Shown here piece after piece: positions 19,141-33,015 of a stretch of DNA of 64,000 bases. The stretch is from Macrostomum lignano (Eukaryota). The DNA is taken from NCBI GenBank assembly GCA_002269645.1, contig NIVC01001364.1, forward strand, positions 124,001 to 188,000. The letters are read 5' to 3'. The notes beneath the pieces are model-generated. The model had not been told where the DNA came from. It saw nothing but the letters and a program-made list of their open reading frames with translations, and searched no databases. Position numbers and translations under genes: made by a program. How positions within the stretch are numbered: position 1 is the first letter of the stretch; each line of letters starts with the position of its first letter.

Positions 19141-20721
19141 TCTCTAACTATAAAAATCAAAACTCTGTGTGTCTGTGTGTGTGTGTGTGTCTGTGTGTGG
19201 ACAATTTTGATCGCTATGGACTCCCAAACCGCTCAACCAAATGACACCAAACTTTACACCCACCCTAAACTTACTACGGAGAATGTCTTAGGCTACCTTT
19301 TAATTTCCTAAATTTGAGTCTTCCTACCTAAAAGTGCAAAAAACTGCTCAAAATGCGCAATTTTTTCACTAAATCCTCCATAGCGCCGCTCCACTTCTAT
19401 GGATTCTCTTCAAATTTGACACAGATAATTTTCAACTATTTTGGCACAATCATGTAAAATTTCGAATCTCAAAGTTAATCCTGAACGGCGCTGTGCACTT
19501 TTAAAGTTAGGCTGTTTTTTTCAGCGAGGCAGCCACCCCAACCTCCGCCCGCCTGCCTCTCTTTCCCGATACCGATCTGGGCCCAGATGTGCAAAATGGG
19601 TTTCAAAATTGACTAACTTTCGACTGCCATAAGTTTGCTCCACGTAAAGCGATTGACTTCAAACTTGACACAATTCTTCATTGACTCATTCTCTGTCTAA
19701 ATGTAAAGTTTCAACTCTATAACTCAATCAGAACAGAAACTGTAAGCATGTGAAGTTTGTCTGCTTTTTCTGTTGTTTGTGCCACTCAATCACTCATTCC
19801 CCCCAGAGCCAGACGAAGGGTCAGGCGATAGGGCTCAATGTACATAGCGAATGTACAGTGTTTTGGAATAACTTTTTAATAGCCTTCTCTGCACCCCGCG
19901 AGTGGAGAGGCGTGGAGAGGAGAGACAGTTTCAGCGAGAGATTCAAACCACTGTCCTCTGTATAGACAAGTCTGCAGCAGTTTAACAGTAGATACAGTAG
20001 ATGGCAAACAGGCAAATTAAGGCGACGCGGGATGGTTTGTAGAAATAGCGAAAAATTAATGAATAACTTATTACAATGCAATCCTACTAAATTAGTTACA
20101 CCATGAAGCTTTTAACATTAAGTTTCGCATAGAGTAACTTTAAATTTTAAATGACTCCTAAGAAATGCGCATTTCCTTGGTTGTTAGACTGCTGCAGAGT
20201 GCAGACTGTGGTGGTGGAGCTGGAGATACACAAATTCCTCTCAGGGCTGCTAATTGGCCAGAAAGGTGACGTGATTAAAGCATGAGAAATGATAACCATG
20301 ATAGTACCGTCCCACAAACTGGCTTTCGAAGCAGGGATCGGTAGATTTTTAACTCAAAGGCCAGATAAAGAATCCAGCTCATGGCTGTGGGCCAGATGAG
20401 AGTGAAAAAGAAAAGGAATAGACTATTAGAAAGAGAGGAAGGGCGAGAGGGGGGTAAGAGAAAAGATATAAGATGAGTGGGGAGAGACGAGTGGGGTGAG
20501 GACGAGGAGAGAACAGAGAATATGGGAGGAGGAAGCGAGAGGAGGGGAGACAGGAGGGAGAGGAAAGAGTAGAGGAGAGAAGAGGAAGAGAGAAGAGGGG
20601 AGAGATGAGACAGAGGATCGATGAGAGAGGAGAGTAGAGAAGAGTGAGAAGAGAATAGAGAACAGAGAGGAGATAGGAGGGGAGAGAGAGGTAGAGAGGA
20701 GTGAGAAGAGAGGAGATAAGA

Positions 20722-20783
<62 letters not shown>

Positions 20784-22131
20784 GAGAAAGAAGAGAGGAG
20801 AAAGGAGAGATGATAGAGTAAAGGGAAGAAGAGGAGAGAGGAAAGAGATGAGATTGTGGAGATGAGAGAGATGAAAGGAAAGATGAGAGAGTAGAGATGA
20901 GAGATGAAGGAAGAAAGAGCAGAGTGCAGAGACAAGAGAAGAGAGTATAGAAGAGGGAAGAGAAGAGGAGTAAGAAGAGAGGATTCAGTAGAGGGGAAAG
21001 AGAAGAGTACACAGGAGAGTGGAGAGTAAAGATGACAGAAGAAAGAGGGGGTAGAGAGCAAAGATGAGAGTGAACGCGATATATGAGAGGAGAGAGGAGA
21101 GTGAAGAGAGAAGAGAGAAGACAAGAGAGGGAGAGAATAGAAGAGGGAAGAGAAGAGAAGGGAAAAAGGAGAAAGGAAAGAGAGGAGTCAAAAGAGGGGT
21201 AAGAGAAGAGTACAGATGAGAGAGGTGAGAAAACATACGAGTATAAGAGAGTAAAGATGGCAGATGAGAGAGGGGAGATGAGAGACCAGAGACGAGAGTG
21301 AACAGACGAGAGATGGCAGAGTGGGGAGAGAAAAGGATAGAAATAAGAGATGAGAGGTGAGACAAAGGGAGAGAGAAGTGAGTGAGGAGAAAAGAAGGGG
21401 AGGGAAGAGAACCGAGACGACAGGGGAAAGAGAGAAAGGACGAGAGAGGAGAGGAAACAGGGGAGAGATTAGAGGAGAAAGAGAGATGGGACAGGAGAGA
21501 GCAGAGAGATGAGAGGAGAGAGAGGGAGAGAGAGAAAGGAGAGAGAGAGGGAAAGAGAGAGGAGAGAACATGCAGAAAGAATGAGAAGAGAGAAGAGAGA
21601 AAAGATAAAAGAAGAGAAAGAAGAGATAGATAAGAGAGCAAAGACGAGAGAGAAGAGAGGTGAGGGAAGAGACGATAGAAGAGGGGAGAGAGGAGAGAGG
21701 AAAGAAGAGAAGAGATGAGAGGAGAGAGAGGAGAGAGTAGAGAGTAGAGAGGAGGGAGGAGAGGAGGGATAAAAGAATAGAAGGGAGAGGGAATAGACGA
21801 GAGAATAGGGGATAGAGGAGAGAGAGAAGAGACGGAGACGAGAGAGAGGAGAGGAAACAGAAGAGAAGATCGAAGTTTCTAAGGATCCAAGGGACATAAG
21901 GAGAGGCAGAGGCCAGAGTTTGCCTGTTCGCAGCACCCCAGCCAACAATATAAATGTTTGCCTCAAATCCTAATTTTTCACGAATGTACTCTATTTTATG
22001 TTTAATTCTAACCTAACTATTAACAAGTTTTTGTTTGAGTTTGACCTCAGATTTTAGAATATGAGTACATGCAAAATAGTTCCAGGGATTGAAATTCCCC
22101 GGGTTCAAAATCCGCGGGTTTCAACAGCTTG
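19141..22131 (+). mobile_element. Non-autonomous Helitron-like element, copy 4 (2991 bp)
   Basis: Junction cagcttg|tctctaactataaaa; ends hairpin-...cagCTTG|T at 22131, after which unique sequence resumes. Confidence 0.7.
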
Positions 22132-22618
22132 TGTACATTATTTCTGAACCAATTAGCAAGTTGTTTACGCCAGCAAGATTGGGCTTCTAAACTTATCGAA
22201 GTCATTTCAGCTGCCTTTATTTCTATAAAATAGCGCATGAATTCTTTTTTGATACTGAGCTTACATTAGAAATCTGTTTTACTAAGTATATGTAGCTGAG
22301 TGGCTCATCTAGTTATTCTAGTATCTGTGGTTACAGGCAGTAGGGCCCTGTGCACCCTAGCGCACCTTAAGCGACATTGTCCCACAGCCCATTCCGCCGA
22401 CTCCCCCGAGCAGGCACACACTCACACAGGAGTGTACAGCGGCCCTAACTTTATTTATCGTTAGGCATGTACACTTCACTGTGCCTTGGGGGTTGGTCTT
22501 CAAGGCCGTTAATTGCACGAGCAGAGCCAAGCTGAGATTTTAATTTAGCGCCAATGTGACTGCACTTAGGAATCGAGCCTGGGCCGCTGGCACATCAGAG
22601 AGCTTACTAACTGCTTAC

Positions 22619-23116
22619 CAGGCCAACCAGCGTCCGCTCATGGTCTTCATCAGTTTCAGAGGCGCCATCGCTGGCAACGGCGCCAAGATCGGGGCCGAAC
22701 GCCACCTCAGAGCAGGTCAGGTGGCTGTCGCCAAGCAGCCGGGCAACCCGCCGCCTAGCCACCTCGGGCTTCTCTGCCGCACTGCCGTCAGCATTGCCTG
22801 GCGGATCCCGCAGGCCGAGCCGCCGGCCCAGCCGCAGCCAGAGCCCGTCGTCCTCGTCAATACGCCGGCGCCATCGGCTGCAGACCAGCCGACAGTTTGC
22901 CAGATCGCCGGGCGCCAGCAGGCCAAGCAGGCGATCCTGCAGCTCAGGCGGCAGCCGGGTGCCGCACAGCGGATCGAGCAGGCGGCTCAGCCGGGCGGAG
23001 CAGCTGTTGAACAGCTGTTGAAGCCCGGCTATGGACAGCTGGTCAACCGCTGCCAGCGCCTGCGACAACAGTGCCGCATTGCTGTTGACGTCACTGGAGG
23101 CGTTGTGATTGATCAT
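22619..23116 (-). CDS. F-box protein, exon 1 (contains the F-box motif)
   Basis: ATG at 23116 with A at -3; F-box motif LPPELQDRLLGLLAPGDLANCRLVCSRWRRRIDEDDGLW; strong donor CTG|GTAAGC at 22619, phase 0. Confidence 0.85.
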
Positions 23117-23443
23117 TCTTGCCCAGCTGCAACAGGAGCCGATCTGGGATGCTTGCAGTGCTGCCTCTTGCAGAATCTAATTATTCGCGACTCACCCACT
23201 AGGAGATGAAGCGATTTTACTGGGGCATGGGGATACCACATGCGCAACACCCAGCCGATCCAGTCAAACCGAAAGGCGTAGAACTAATTATATGACGAGG
23301 CATTTAGCCTTAATAATACAGTTAAAGCTATTCCTGCCGTTTACCCAGTCAATTTTTGCGGTTTTCTTTCATTGATAAGCCACATTTTAGGTCAAAAAGT
23401 AAGTCGCACGGCCGGTGTAAACTAGGGGGTTGCGCATGTATGA

Positions 23444-24660
23444 TGAGGATTGAGGGGCGATTCTACTGGGGCATGAGGATTGAGGGGTGATTCTACTGGG
23501 GCATGAGGATTGAGGGGCGATTCTAATCGGGCATGAGGATTGAGGGGCGATTCTAATCGGGCATGAGGATTGAGGGGCGATTCTAATCGGGCATGAGGAT
23601 TGAGGGGCGATTCTAATCGGGCATGAGGATTGAGGGGCGATTCTAATCGGGCATGAGGATTGAGGGGCGATTCTAATCGGGCATGAGGATTGAGGGGCGA
23701 TTCTAATCGGGCATGAGGATTGAGGGGCGATTCTAATCGGGCTGAGGACTGAGGGGCGACTCTAAGTGGGCATGAGAATTGAGGGGCGATTCTACTGGGG
23801 CATGAGGATTGAGGGGTGATTCTAATCGGGCATGAGGATTGAGGGGTGATTCTAATCGGGCATGAGGATTGAGGGGTGATTCTAATCGGGCATGAGGATT
23901 GAGGGGTGATTCTAATCGGGCATGAGGATTGAGGGGCGATTCTAATCGGGCATGAGGATTGAGGAGCGATTCTAAGTGGGCATGAGAATTGAGGGGCGAT
24001 TCTACTGGGGCATGAGGATTGAGGGGCGATTCTAATCGAGCTGAGGATTGAGGGGCGATTCTAATCGGGCTGAGGATTGAGGGGCGATTCTAATCGGGCT
24101 GAGGATTGAGGGGCGATTCTAATCGGGCATGAGGATTGAGGGGCGATTCTAATCGGGCATGAGGATTGAGGGGCGATTCTAATCGGGCTGAGGATTGAGG
24201 GGCGATTCTAATCGGGCTGAGGATTGACGGGCGATTCTAATCGGGCATGAGGATTGAGGGGCGATTCTAATCGGGCATGAGGATTGAGGGGCGATTTTAA
24301 CTGAGGATTGAGGGGCGATTCTAACTGAGGATTGAGGGGCGATTCTAACTGAGGATTGAGGGCGATTTTAACTGAGGATTGAGGGGCGATTCTAACTGAA
24401 GATTGAGGGGCGATTCTAACTGAGGATTGAGGGGCGATTCTAACTGAGGATTGAGGGGCGATTCTAACTGAAGATTGAGGGGCGATTCTAACTGAGGATT
24501 GAGGGGCGATTCTAATTGGGCATGGGGATCGAGGGGCGATTCTAATTGGGTATGAGAATTAAGGGGCGATTCTAATTAGGCATGAGGATTGAGTGGCTAT
24601 TACTAATTGGGAATGACAATTGAAAGGTCATTTTAGGGGGGCATGAGGATTGAGAGGCAA
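23444..24660. repeat. 30-bp minisatellite (gaggattgaggggcgattctaatcgggcat) with 28- and 24-bp variants
   Basis: About 40 tandem units directly visible. Confidence 0.95.
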
Positions 24661-27619
24661 TTCTAGATGGGCTTTAGGACATGAGTTATGAAGTCTAAAG
24701 GAGATTCTAGTCCCATTAGTTTAGTAAGTATTTATTACTATATTCAATTCATTTTAATAGAATACAATTATAATATATTACAAAATGAAACTTATATAGC
24801 TCTTTCTTTATATACAAAATATTCCCTAATTTTTCTGCTCTATTTGATTATTCATAGAATATATATATATATTATTTTAACAATTGTATAATATCATATT
24901 AGGCAAAGAATAAAATGATGAAGTATTAGTTCAAAATGTAATGCATAATAAGCATTGAGTGATACTATATGATCTACATATAAGTTTTGCATTCGAGTTG
25001 GCAGCTATCTAGGAGGAAATATGCATTAAACCTGGCCTACTGGTTAATCCACTTAGCTTTAGATATACTATTATATTTTTATTATATAAAGTCATATAAA
25101 TCAATTTTTATTTAAATATATATAATTCTAGGTATAATCAATTGTATTAGGCCTATCATTTTATCGTTTTCTAAGTTTACAAAAAGAATATTAACAAATG
25201 TTTATTTGCAATTGAGTAGCTTTTTATTAATATAATAAAATGTTAAGCTCTTCTTAATATTAATACTAAGGACAAGGTAATTAGGCCCTAGAGTTCTACT
25301 TATAGCTATAGGCCTTAGCTATAACCATAGGAAATTAATAGATATCAAGGTTTTTAGGCAAAACAAAATATTTACAATTATCTATAATGGCTAAAAGATT
25401 AAGTTATAAAAATACATATTCTAAATATAAAATAGGCCCTAGCAGACAAATGATCTTTCTAGTATATATTGCCAAAAGCTGGTGGCACTCATTATTTGTA
25501 CATGTGCAAATAGTATTATCATTATTTACATAGTAGCTAACTAAAATAAATACTAGTTTTATGTATTGTATAGTACTCATAGCTATATTCTAATTACATT
25601 TGACCTCAAGTCAAATCCATCTTTTTGATGGCAAATGAGTTCCATTCACATTCTTTTCTTTTGAAATACCTTTTATACTTTACTTTACTAATAGTAATAT
25701 TAATAATATTTCATATGATACTAAGACTAAAAGCTAATAAAAATTAAGGCCTAAGCTATGAACATATGAATTATACCTAAACTTCATTTATTGGCTTTAG
25801 TTAGTTTGTTATTAAATAGGGGTGGGAGGAGAAGCGCTGCCTATGGATCAGCCCTAGGGGGGCTCTGCCACATGGATCTTGCTGTGGGCCATATTACCAA
25901 GGGCTTAGAGCCTAAGAGACTACTATGAGAACCAGAGCTCAGGACTCTGGGGAGAGCATGGAGCATTGGAGCTACTAACCTAAACCTATGGACTAAGACA
26001 CCACCAATCCAAAAGTGGAAATCAGGGACAGTGCTAGGACTGAGTCCACCTAGACCACCCCCCCAGCAGACAAGTCTTTGGGTATGCGCAAAAAATTGGA
26101 ATTGAAAAAATCTTGGGTTACTACTAAAAGTGTTCCAAGAGCAGGAAGACCTTGAAATCTATGGAAATGGCTTAAATTAATTGGAGCGAGTCTTGGGCAG
26201 CTTATTTACCAAGGGCAAGTCTCCTATCAGACGGCCAAGAACCTCTCCTATAGGGCTACGAGCCTCAAGGCTTTTTTATTGCCTAGCTCTAAACAATTGG
26301 AGCATTGCTAAAGCAAAGCTAGCTATTGGAGTGAATCTAGAAGGCTTGTATCCAAGGGCAAGTCTCCTATCAGGCAATATATAGCAACAACCTATAGGGC
26401 TGCAAGCCACAAGGGCATCACCTATCCAGCTTTATATCGAAGGCCAGGCCAAGGGGTCGGGAAGGGGGCACCCAGGGCAACAGGACCTGGACTCAGCTGG
26501 TATCCCTAGTATAGGATAAACATCTAACCCAGGACTCTATTCCACTGTCAAGATGAGAGCAGGGAACTTCCAGAGGAGCCAGTAGGTGGACCAAGGCTAT
26601 GGAGCATGCTCATCGAGGCAAGATTGATAAACTTTAGAAAATTAAGGTGGCTTGAGTGCCAGGCTAAAACCGGGGAATAAAACATTGGAAATCAAACTTA
26701 GAGGATCATACAACCTCAGGGGCTCAGCCTTAGGGTTGGCATGCTACTGGGCTCTACTGTACATCTTTGTGAATAGTCATTTCTTTCCTACAGGGCAGGT
26801 GCAACCGGGGGGGCTTAAGTCTTGTCTTAGCCACACTGCAGTCCAAAGATCATACTCACTCTGGGCATACCCCCTAAACCAAGGCCGAGAGCCAAAAAAA
26901 CTAATTGGAATGAAAAAGGATTATTTTTAGAACAGGCACCTAGCCTTCCAGGGCGGACCCTTAGAAAATTGGGCTAGCTAGAACTAGGCCAATCGGATTG
27001 TGCACAACCCTTGGACAAGCCACCAAGGAGGCAGCCAGGGCAAAAATAGTCAAAGACCATCTTTATGTTTAAAGATAATTTAAAAATTCATTATGAAATT
27101 AAAATATATAAAGATAATATTGAGTAGACTAGTCCTTGATAAGATTATTTATAAGGCATTTATTTTATGTACTGTGTAAATAATACTTGCAACTTAGTAA
27201 ATAATGATTGACTAATAGTAGACAAAATGATTTAATACTTGTGAGGCTGTGACAGATTATTAAATTTAATATTATGTAAATAATTAATAGGCCTCAGACC
27301 TATGTTTTGTATTTTGTATCATTTATAGCTTGCCTATAGCAATAAGGATACTAGTTGTACCTGTACCAGAACCAGGGTACCAAGCCCTAACAAAAATGGC
27401 CACTTATAGTTATATTTGGATAATTACCACAAATTAGACCTACCACAATAGTATAGGCCTAATACTAGATAGGGTAGGCTAGGCTGGAGTAGGTCCTAGG
27501 CTAGCCAAAAATAGGGTTTGGGATTTGGGTACATTTCTACCATAGGCCTAGGCAGTAGGCCTAATTTCTAAAAAAAACTTTTTAATATATAGAATAGAAC
27601 TAGGCCCTAGTAGGCTCTA

Positions 27620-27645
27620 TTATATTATATATTATATATATTATA

Positions 27646-27700
<55 letters not shown>
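27620..27700. repeat. (TA)n microsatellite
   Basis: Run of TA dinucleotides. Confidence 0.95.
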
Positions 27701-27705
<5 letters not shown>

Positions 27706-28575
27706 TTTTTAATTGTTAATATAACACACATTTTACCAAAAGGCATTAAGCTTTGGACTTCGATTAGAAGTTGAACTATTAGTCTTAGGTCTAGGATTTA
27801 GAATAGGCCTAGCCTATTATAGGGGATTAGACTAGACCTAGCATGCACTAGCACCAATGATGCTGCAGCTGCAATGATGATGCTGATAAGCATGAACCAC
27901 ACGTGATACAGTAGCGCAGTTACGGGACACTGGCCCTAGGGACCTAGGGTTTCACGAGTGAGTGTGACTCATTCCTTTTTTATCAGGGTCAGCGCACTAT
28001 CAACTTAAGGATTAAACTGAGAGATTATGTATAAAAAATCACTCAGCGTTTTAAAAATAAAAGTTTATATCCGTTTATATCCGTGATAACTTTGCCTCAA
28101 TTTAAAAAAATGTTGTTTTAGTTTGCACGTACGGTCATTTGAATTAGCAATCGAGAATGGAGAAATTAGGATTTCACAGCCTAGCACAACAGAAAGACAG
28201 CTTGTTCATTCCCAACTTGAAAGTTTCTATAATAAGTCTAGCCACAATTGCTTCTCAATCGATGCAATTTAAAAACCGTGAAGTTCATCAGTTGACAATA
28301 ACTTTATATACGAGCTATGATGGGAGTACGAAAGTTGCTCATCGGAAATTTTCATAGACCCTTATATGGTATCTGATATATTGGTTTAAAACAATTTACT
28401 TAATTGCGTAATTTTGTTCTTCATACTGTTAATCAATGTTATGGCTATTAGATTCAAAAAACGAATACATGCATAGTGTACATAGAAGTTACAAATTTAG
28501 AGCGGGGAGGATTTTAATAGGCATACATAAGTCATGTCATCGACAGTGTGCCAGCCGTTAATTGACATACCGCAC

Positions 28576-28875
28576 TCAAAAGTGCGTTATTGGCTCGGTC
28601 TGCAAGCCCGTCAGCTCTGGCTCCGGCTTTTCGCCCTTCTCAGTTGGCAACGGTTGGAACACGCGCAGGTGAATGAACTCCGAGTCGCCAATGCGCACCT
28701 TGGCAAAATAATTGGTGCCAGCAACTACCTGGCTGGCGAGCAGAACCGGTTCGAACTGGTCCACGGATCGGCCAAGGCGGCTCTTGACCTCGGCTTGCAT
28801 GGCTGTCAGTAGAGTAACTTCCTCCTTTGTAGGCTTCCTTGGTTCGCTAACTCCACCGCTGAGTTGTGTGGCCAT
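28576..28875 (-). CDS. Type-1 cystatin (stefin; cystatin A/B-like), 99 aa, single coding exon
   Basis: N-terminal GG, reactive-site QVVAGTNYFAKV, then HLRVFQPLP and terminal ITHF; no signal peptide. Probable 5'UTR intron at 28901-29111 (GTAAGT...ttgttgcag) and ATTAAA about 60 nt after the stop. Confidence 0.95.
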   Translation of the reverse strand: MATQLSGGVSEPRKPTKEEVTLLTAMQAEVKSRLGRSVDQFEPVLLASQVVAGTNYFAKVRIGDSEFIHLRVFQPLPTEKGEKPEPELTGLQTEPITHF

Positions 28876-29656
28876 TTTTTCAGTGGCTGGGGATCAGGAA
28901 CTGCAACAAGAGGCAATGGAGTCGATGTATGCAGTTTACAATACAATAATCTGAATCGACACACTGCACACATTTAGAGCCATACAAAATGAGGCTAAAA
29001 TTTCTCCTGATCACCATTCTTTTTGAACATCAGTTGCGTAAACTGATGTCTCATTTGATGGGTCTTAGTTCATCAACATGAAAATTATCTGCTGCTATTG
29101 ACGCAACTTACCTTAATGCTGGGCGTCAAGAATTCAAATCAGCTGGCCGTTCCGCAGCCACTTCAATTGCTAATCTATTAAGTTGCTTTATATTTATACA
29201 GAACTTTCATGTCCGTCAGCGTGGGCGAATGGAGCCAGTTGAAATTTCGATTGAAATCAGCATGTCTTGACTGAATGCTGCTGCGACTAAGCCTAAGAGT
29301 CAGAATTCAACTATTAGCACACAGCTACATTGATCTGTCACAGCATCTCAGTGTCAATGCAAGCTGCAGTGCTACTGTAATTTCTCTTTCAAAGCTTCGC
29401 GGGGTTAAACGCTGCCTGACCCCAAATTAGGTAAAATTGACGTGTTGATATCAGAGGTTGCAATTTCCGGTTAGTTGGAAAGGATAGAAAATTGCAAGCT
29501 AATAAAGTTAATCAGTGTTTACGGATGCGATTGGATTTTTTTTGGCATATTCGACTTCCAATAAATGCTAAAGTCACACTTTCCTGGCTGATGCCTGAAT
29601 CAGCGAATACCTGAGGCAATTTAGTTAACAGCCGCGTTTGATTTGAACTCATTCAA

Positions 29657-29935
<279 letters not shown>

Positions 29936-30379
29936 AGTCGTACTAAAATGCTGCCCTTTTATCCAACATCTTTATTTTCTCATGCTGACTGCAGTGCAGT
30001 TTCAGGCAGCATAATAATAATATGTAAGCCGGTTTGGCACTTCACACTGCACCGATGGACAGAAAAAATCGCATGCAGCGGAGCTGACTGAAATCGATAC
30101 TCAGACACATCTACAAGACAGAAGACGGGCAAGAAAGACAGGCATGGCGAGAAACGAGCATATCAAGCGTTATTGAAGAAATTTTTGTCATTTCCCTGAT
30201 TCCCGATGTGTTTATTCGTCAGGGCAGTCGTGAATACAGTATCCTGTAGGATGCTGGAGTGCAGCACCGTGTGAGCCAGACGAAGCCGAATCCGTCTGAT
30301 TAGGATGTACAGGAAAGCCTAGCATTGGATAAAAAAATCTCGTGCCCTTTGCTTCGCTAAATTCTACGTAAAACAAAAT

Positions 30380-31488
30380 GCAACTGGTCCGTACCCACAA
30401 TCCCAACCAACTTTATTACCCAATGTACGCACAATCCCAACCAACTTTATTACCCAATGTACGCACAATCCCAACCAACTTTATTATCCAATGTACCCAC
30501 AATCCCAAACAACTTTATTACCCAATGTACGCACAATCCCAACCAACTTTATTATCCAATGTACCCACAATCCCAAACAACGTTATTACCCAATGTACGC
30601 ACAATCCCAACCAACTTTATTACCCAATGTACGCACAATCCCAACCAACTTTATTACCCAATGTACGCACAATCCCAACCAACTTTATTACCCAATGTAC
30701 CCACAATCCCAAACAACTTTATTACCCAATGTACGCACAATCCCAACCAACTTTATTATCCAATGTACCCACAATCCCAACCAACTTTATTACCCAATGT
30801 ACGCACAATCCCAACCAACTTTATTATCCAATGTACGCACAATCCCAACCAACTTTATTACCCAATGTACGCACAATCCCAACCAACTTTATTACCCAAT
30901 GTACGCACAATCCCAACCAACTTTATTATCCAATGTACCCACAATCCCAAACAACTTTATTACCCAATGTACGCACTGAAACCCCAACCAACTTTATTAC
31001 CCAATGTACGCACTGAAACCCCAACCAACTTTATTACCCAATGTACGCACTGAAACCCCAACCAACTTTATTACCCAATGTACGCACTGAAACCCCAACC
31101 AACTTGATTACCCAATGTACGCACAGAAACCCCAACCAACTTTATTACCCAATGTACGCACTGAAACCCCAACCAACTTTATTACCCAATGTACGCACAG
31201 AAACCCCAACCAACTTCATTACCCAATGTACGCACAGAAACCCCAACCAACTTTATTACCCAATGTACGCACAGAAACCCCAACCAACTTTATTACCCAA
31301 TGTACGCACAGAAACCCCAACCAACTTTATTACCCAATGTACGCACAGAAACCCCAACCAACTTTATTATCCAATGTACGCACAGAAACCCCAACCAACT
31401 TTATTACCCAATGTACGCACAGAAACCCCAACCAACTTTATTACCCAATGTACGCACAGAAACCCCAACCAACTTTATTACCCAATGT
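30380..31488. repeat. Minisatellite: 34-bp unit (cccaatgtacgcacaatcccaaccaactttatta) switching to a 37-bp unit near 30975
   Basis: Tandem copies directly visible. Confidence 0.97.
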
Positions 31489-32734
31489 AAGCAAAGATTT
31501 TGCCCGCAACCAATCATGTGCTGCAATGTGCTGCAATGTGCTGCTGTGTGCTGCTGTTATACTTTACGCATTAAAATCGACCAAACTCCTTACCACTGAA
31601 GCAACACAAAAAATTGGATGTACAATTTACACTCGAACTCTAGACTGCTAACAATGTACTCCAGTCTTTACATTTCACCCCATATCTAATATTCATGCTC
31701 ATGCGTAGATCATGCTACCCTCATGATGAAGGTTCTTGGAATCTAGTTCTGCATTTTATTATCTTTGGATTTAATTTTCCGTGACCGCCAGCCAGGACTT
31801 GTTTTGAAAAGATTGAAAGAGCATAGCAACTCAGGAGCAGAGCAACTCAGGAAATTAATTCGCTAATGGGTCACGCTTCAATGTGGGCGTGAGGATTTTC
31901 AGTTTTTTATTAATAAATATACATAATCTTGGAGATCCGCGTCCAATTTGAGCCACTTCTAGGCCCCGTTTTTTCTCACAACTCCTTCCTTTTATCGCTT
32001 CCCAACTTTCTCGGGGAAAAATAATAATTTTAATAGCAGCTGGCGGCCCAAGCTAGTCCTGAACAGATTTATAATGAACAGCAGCGGGAGGGGGCAATGA
32101 ATCTTGATCAGCCCAAACCGAAGGGGATATTTCTTTGCAAGGCAATTTCCAATCTTAAGCAGACCTGCTCGTATATTTGATGAAGCGCAGGTAAGCGCCA
32201 AGGCTAACAATATGGTGGCATAATCTGTCATTTTGCACCGGGCCACTTGCAGTATATATAGTCTGGCTTTTAATTTCTTGCCTGCATGGCTTATTCAAAC
32301 TTTTTTCTTCTCTTCTCTCTTCTCTTTAATAGACATTCAGCTGTAAACAGAGGAGATTATAGGACCGAAACGACCGCCATTGGGCTGTAGTTCTCCTAGC
32401 CTCTGCCTGCTTTCTCCTCTAACTCTCATTTATTCTGCAGTGCTTCTGTCGTTGCGCCAGTGATTGATAATCTGCTTCCTGCTGCTATACTAGGGGGTAG
32501 CGTGCTAATTTTACTTCATCATGAGCTAATTTTTTACGACCGGGAATGCCCGGAGAATGGAGTCGAGAAAATTCAAAAGCAGCTGCTAGCTGTAGAAGCG
32601 GGGTTGGTTTCAGTGTTTATTTTTATATGGTTATATGAAAAAATAGTTTGATTTAGCAAAGTTTCAGGTGAAAGTTTGATTGAATAACAAACAGTCAGTG
32701 CTGCAGGTCAAATCAATGTAATGCATGTTTTAGA

Positions 32735-33015
32735 ATATTAGACACACCACTTGGAGGTCGGTGGTTCGATTCCCGATCCTACTCGAAACAATTCGTGTCC
32801 TTGAGCAAGACACTTAACTCTGCATTGCTTCAGTTCACCCAGCTGTAAAATGGGTGCCAGCATTAGCTGGGGCAATTGAGGGTCTGTGTGGCGACCCCCC
32901 AGTCCTTGGACTGAACAGCCGTACGCAGCCTTCAGATGCTCCGCGCAATAGCTGCGGCTGAGCTGTCGGTTGTACATCTGGCCTAGTTGGAGAAGGTGTA
33001 TTATTATATTATGAT
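32735..33015 (+). mobile_element. tRNA-derived SINE with a CORE-like central domain
   Basis: Pol III B-box GGTTCGATTCC (32763-32773); then gtgtccttgagcaagacacttaac...cagctgtaaaatggg, resembling the MIR/CORE consensus; TAT-rich tail. A-box and TSD not identified. Confidence 0.6.

Noticed and set aside
22556-23209. Antisense ORFs over the F-box exon (likewise 446-931 and 28534-28812)
   Set aside because: Shadow ORFs of GC-rich coding exons on the opposite strand, with no motifs.
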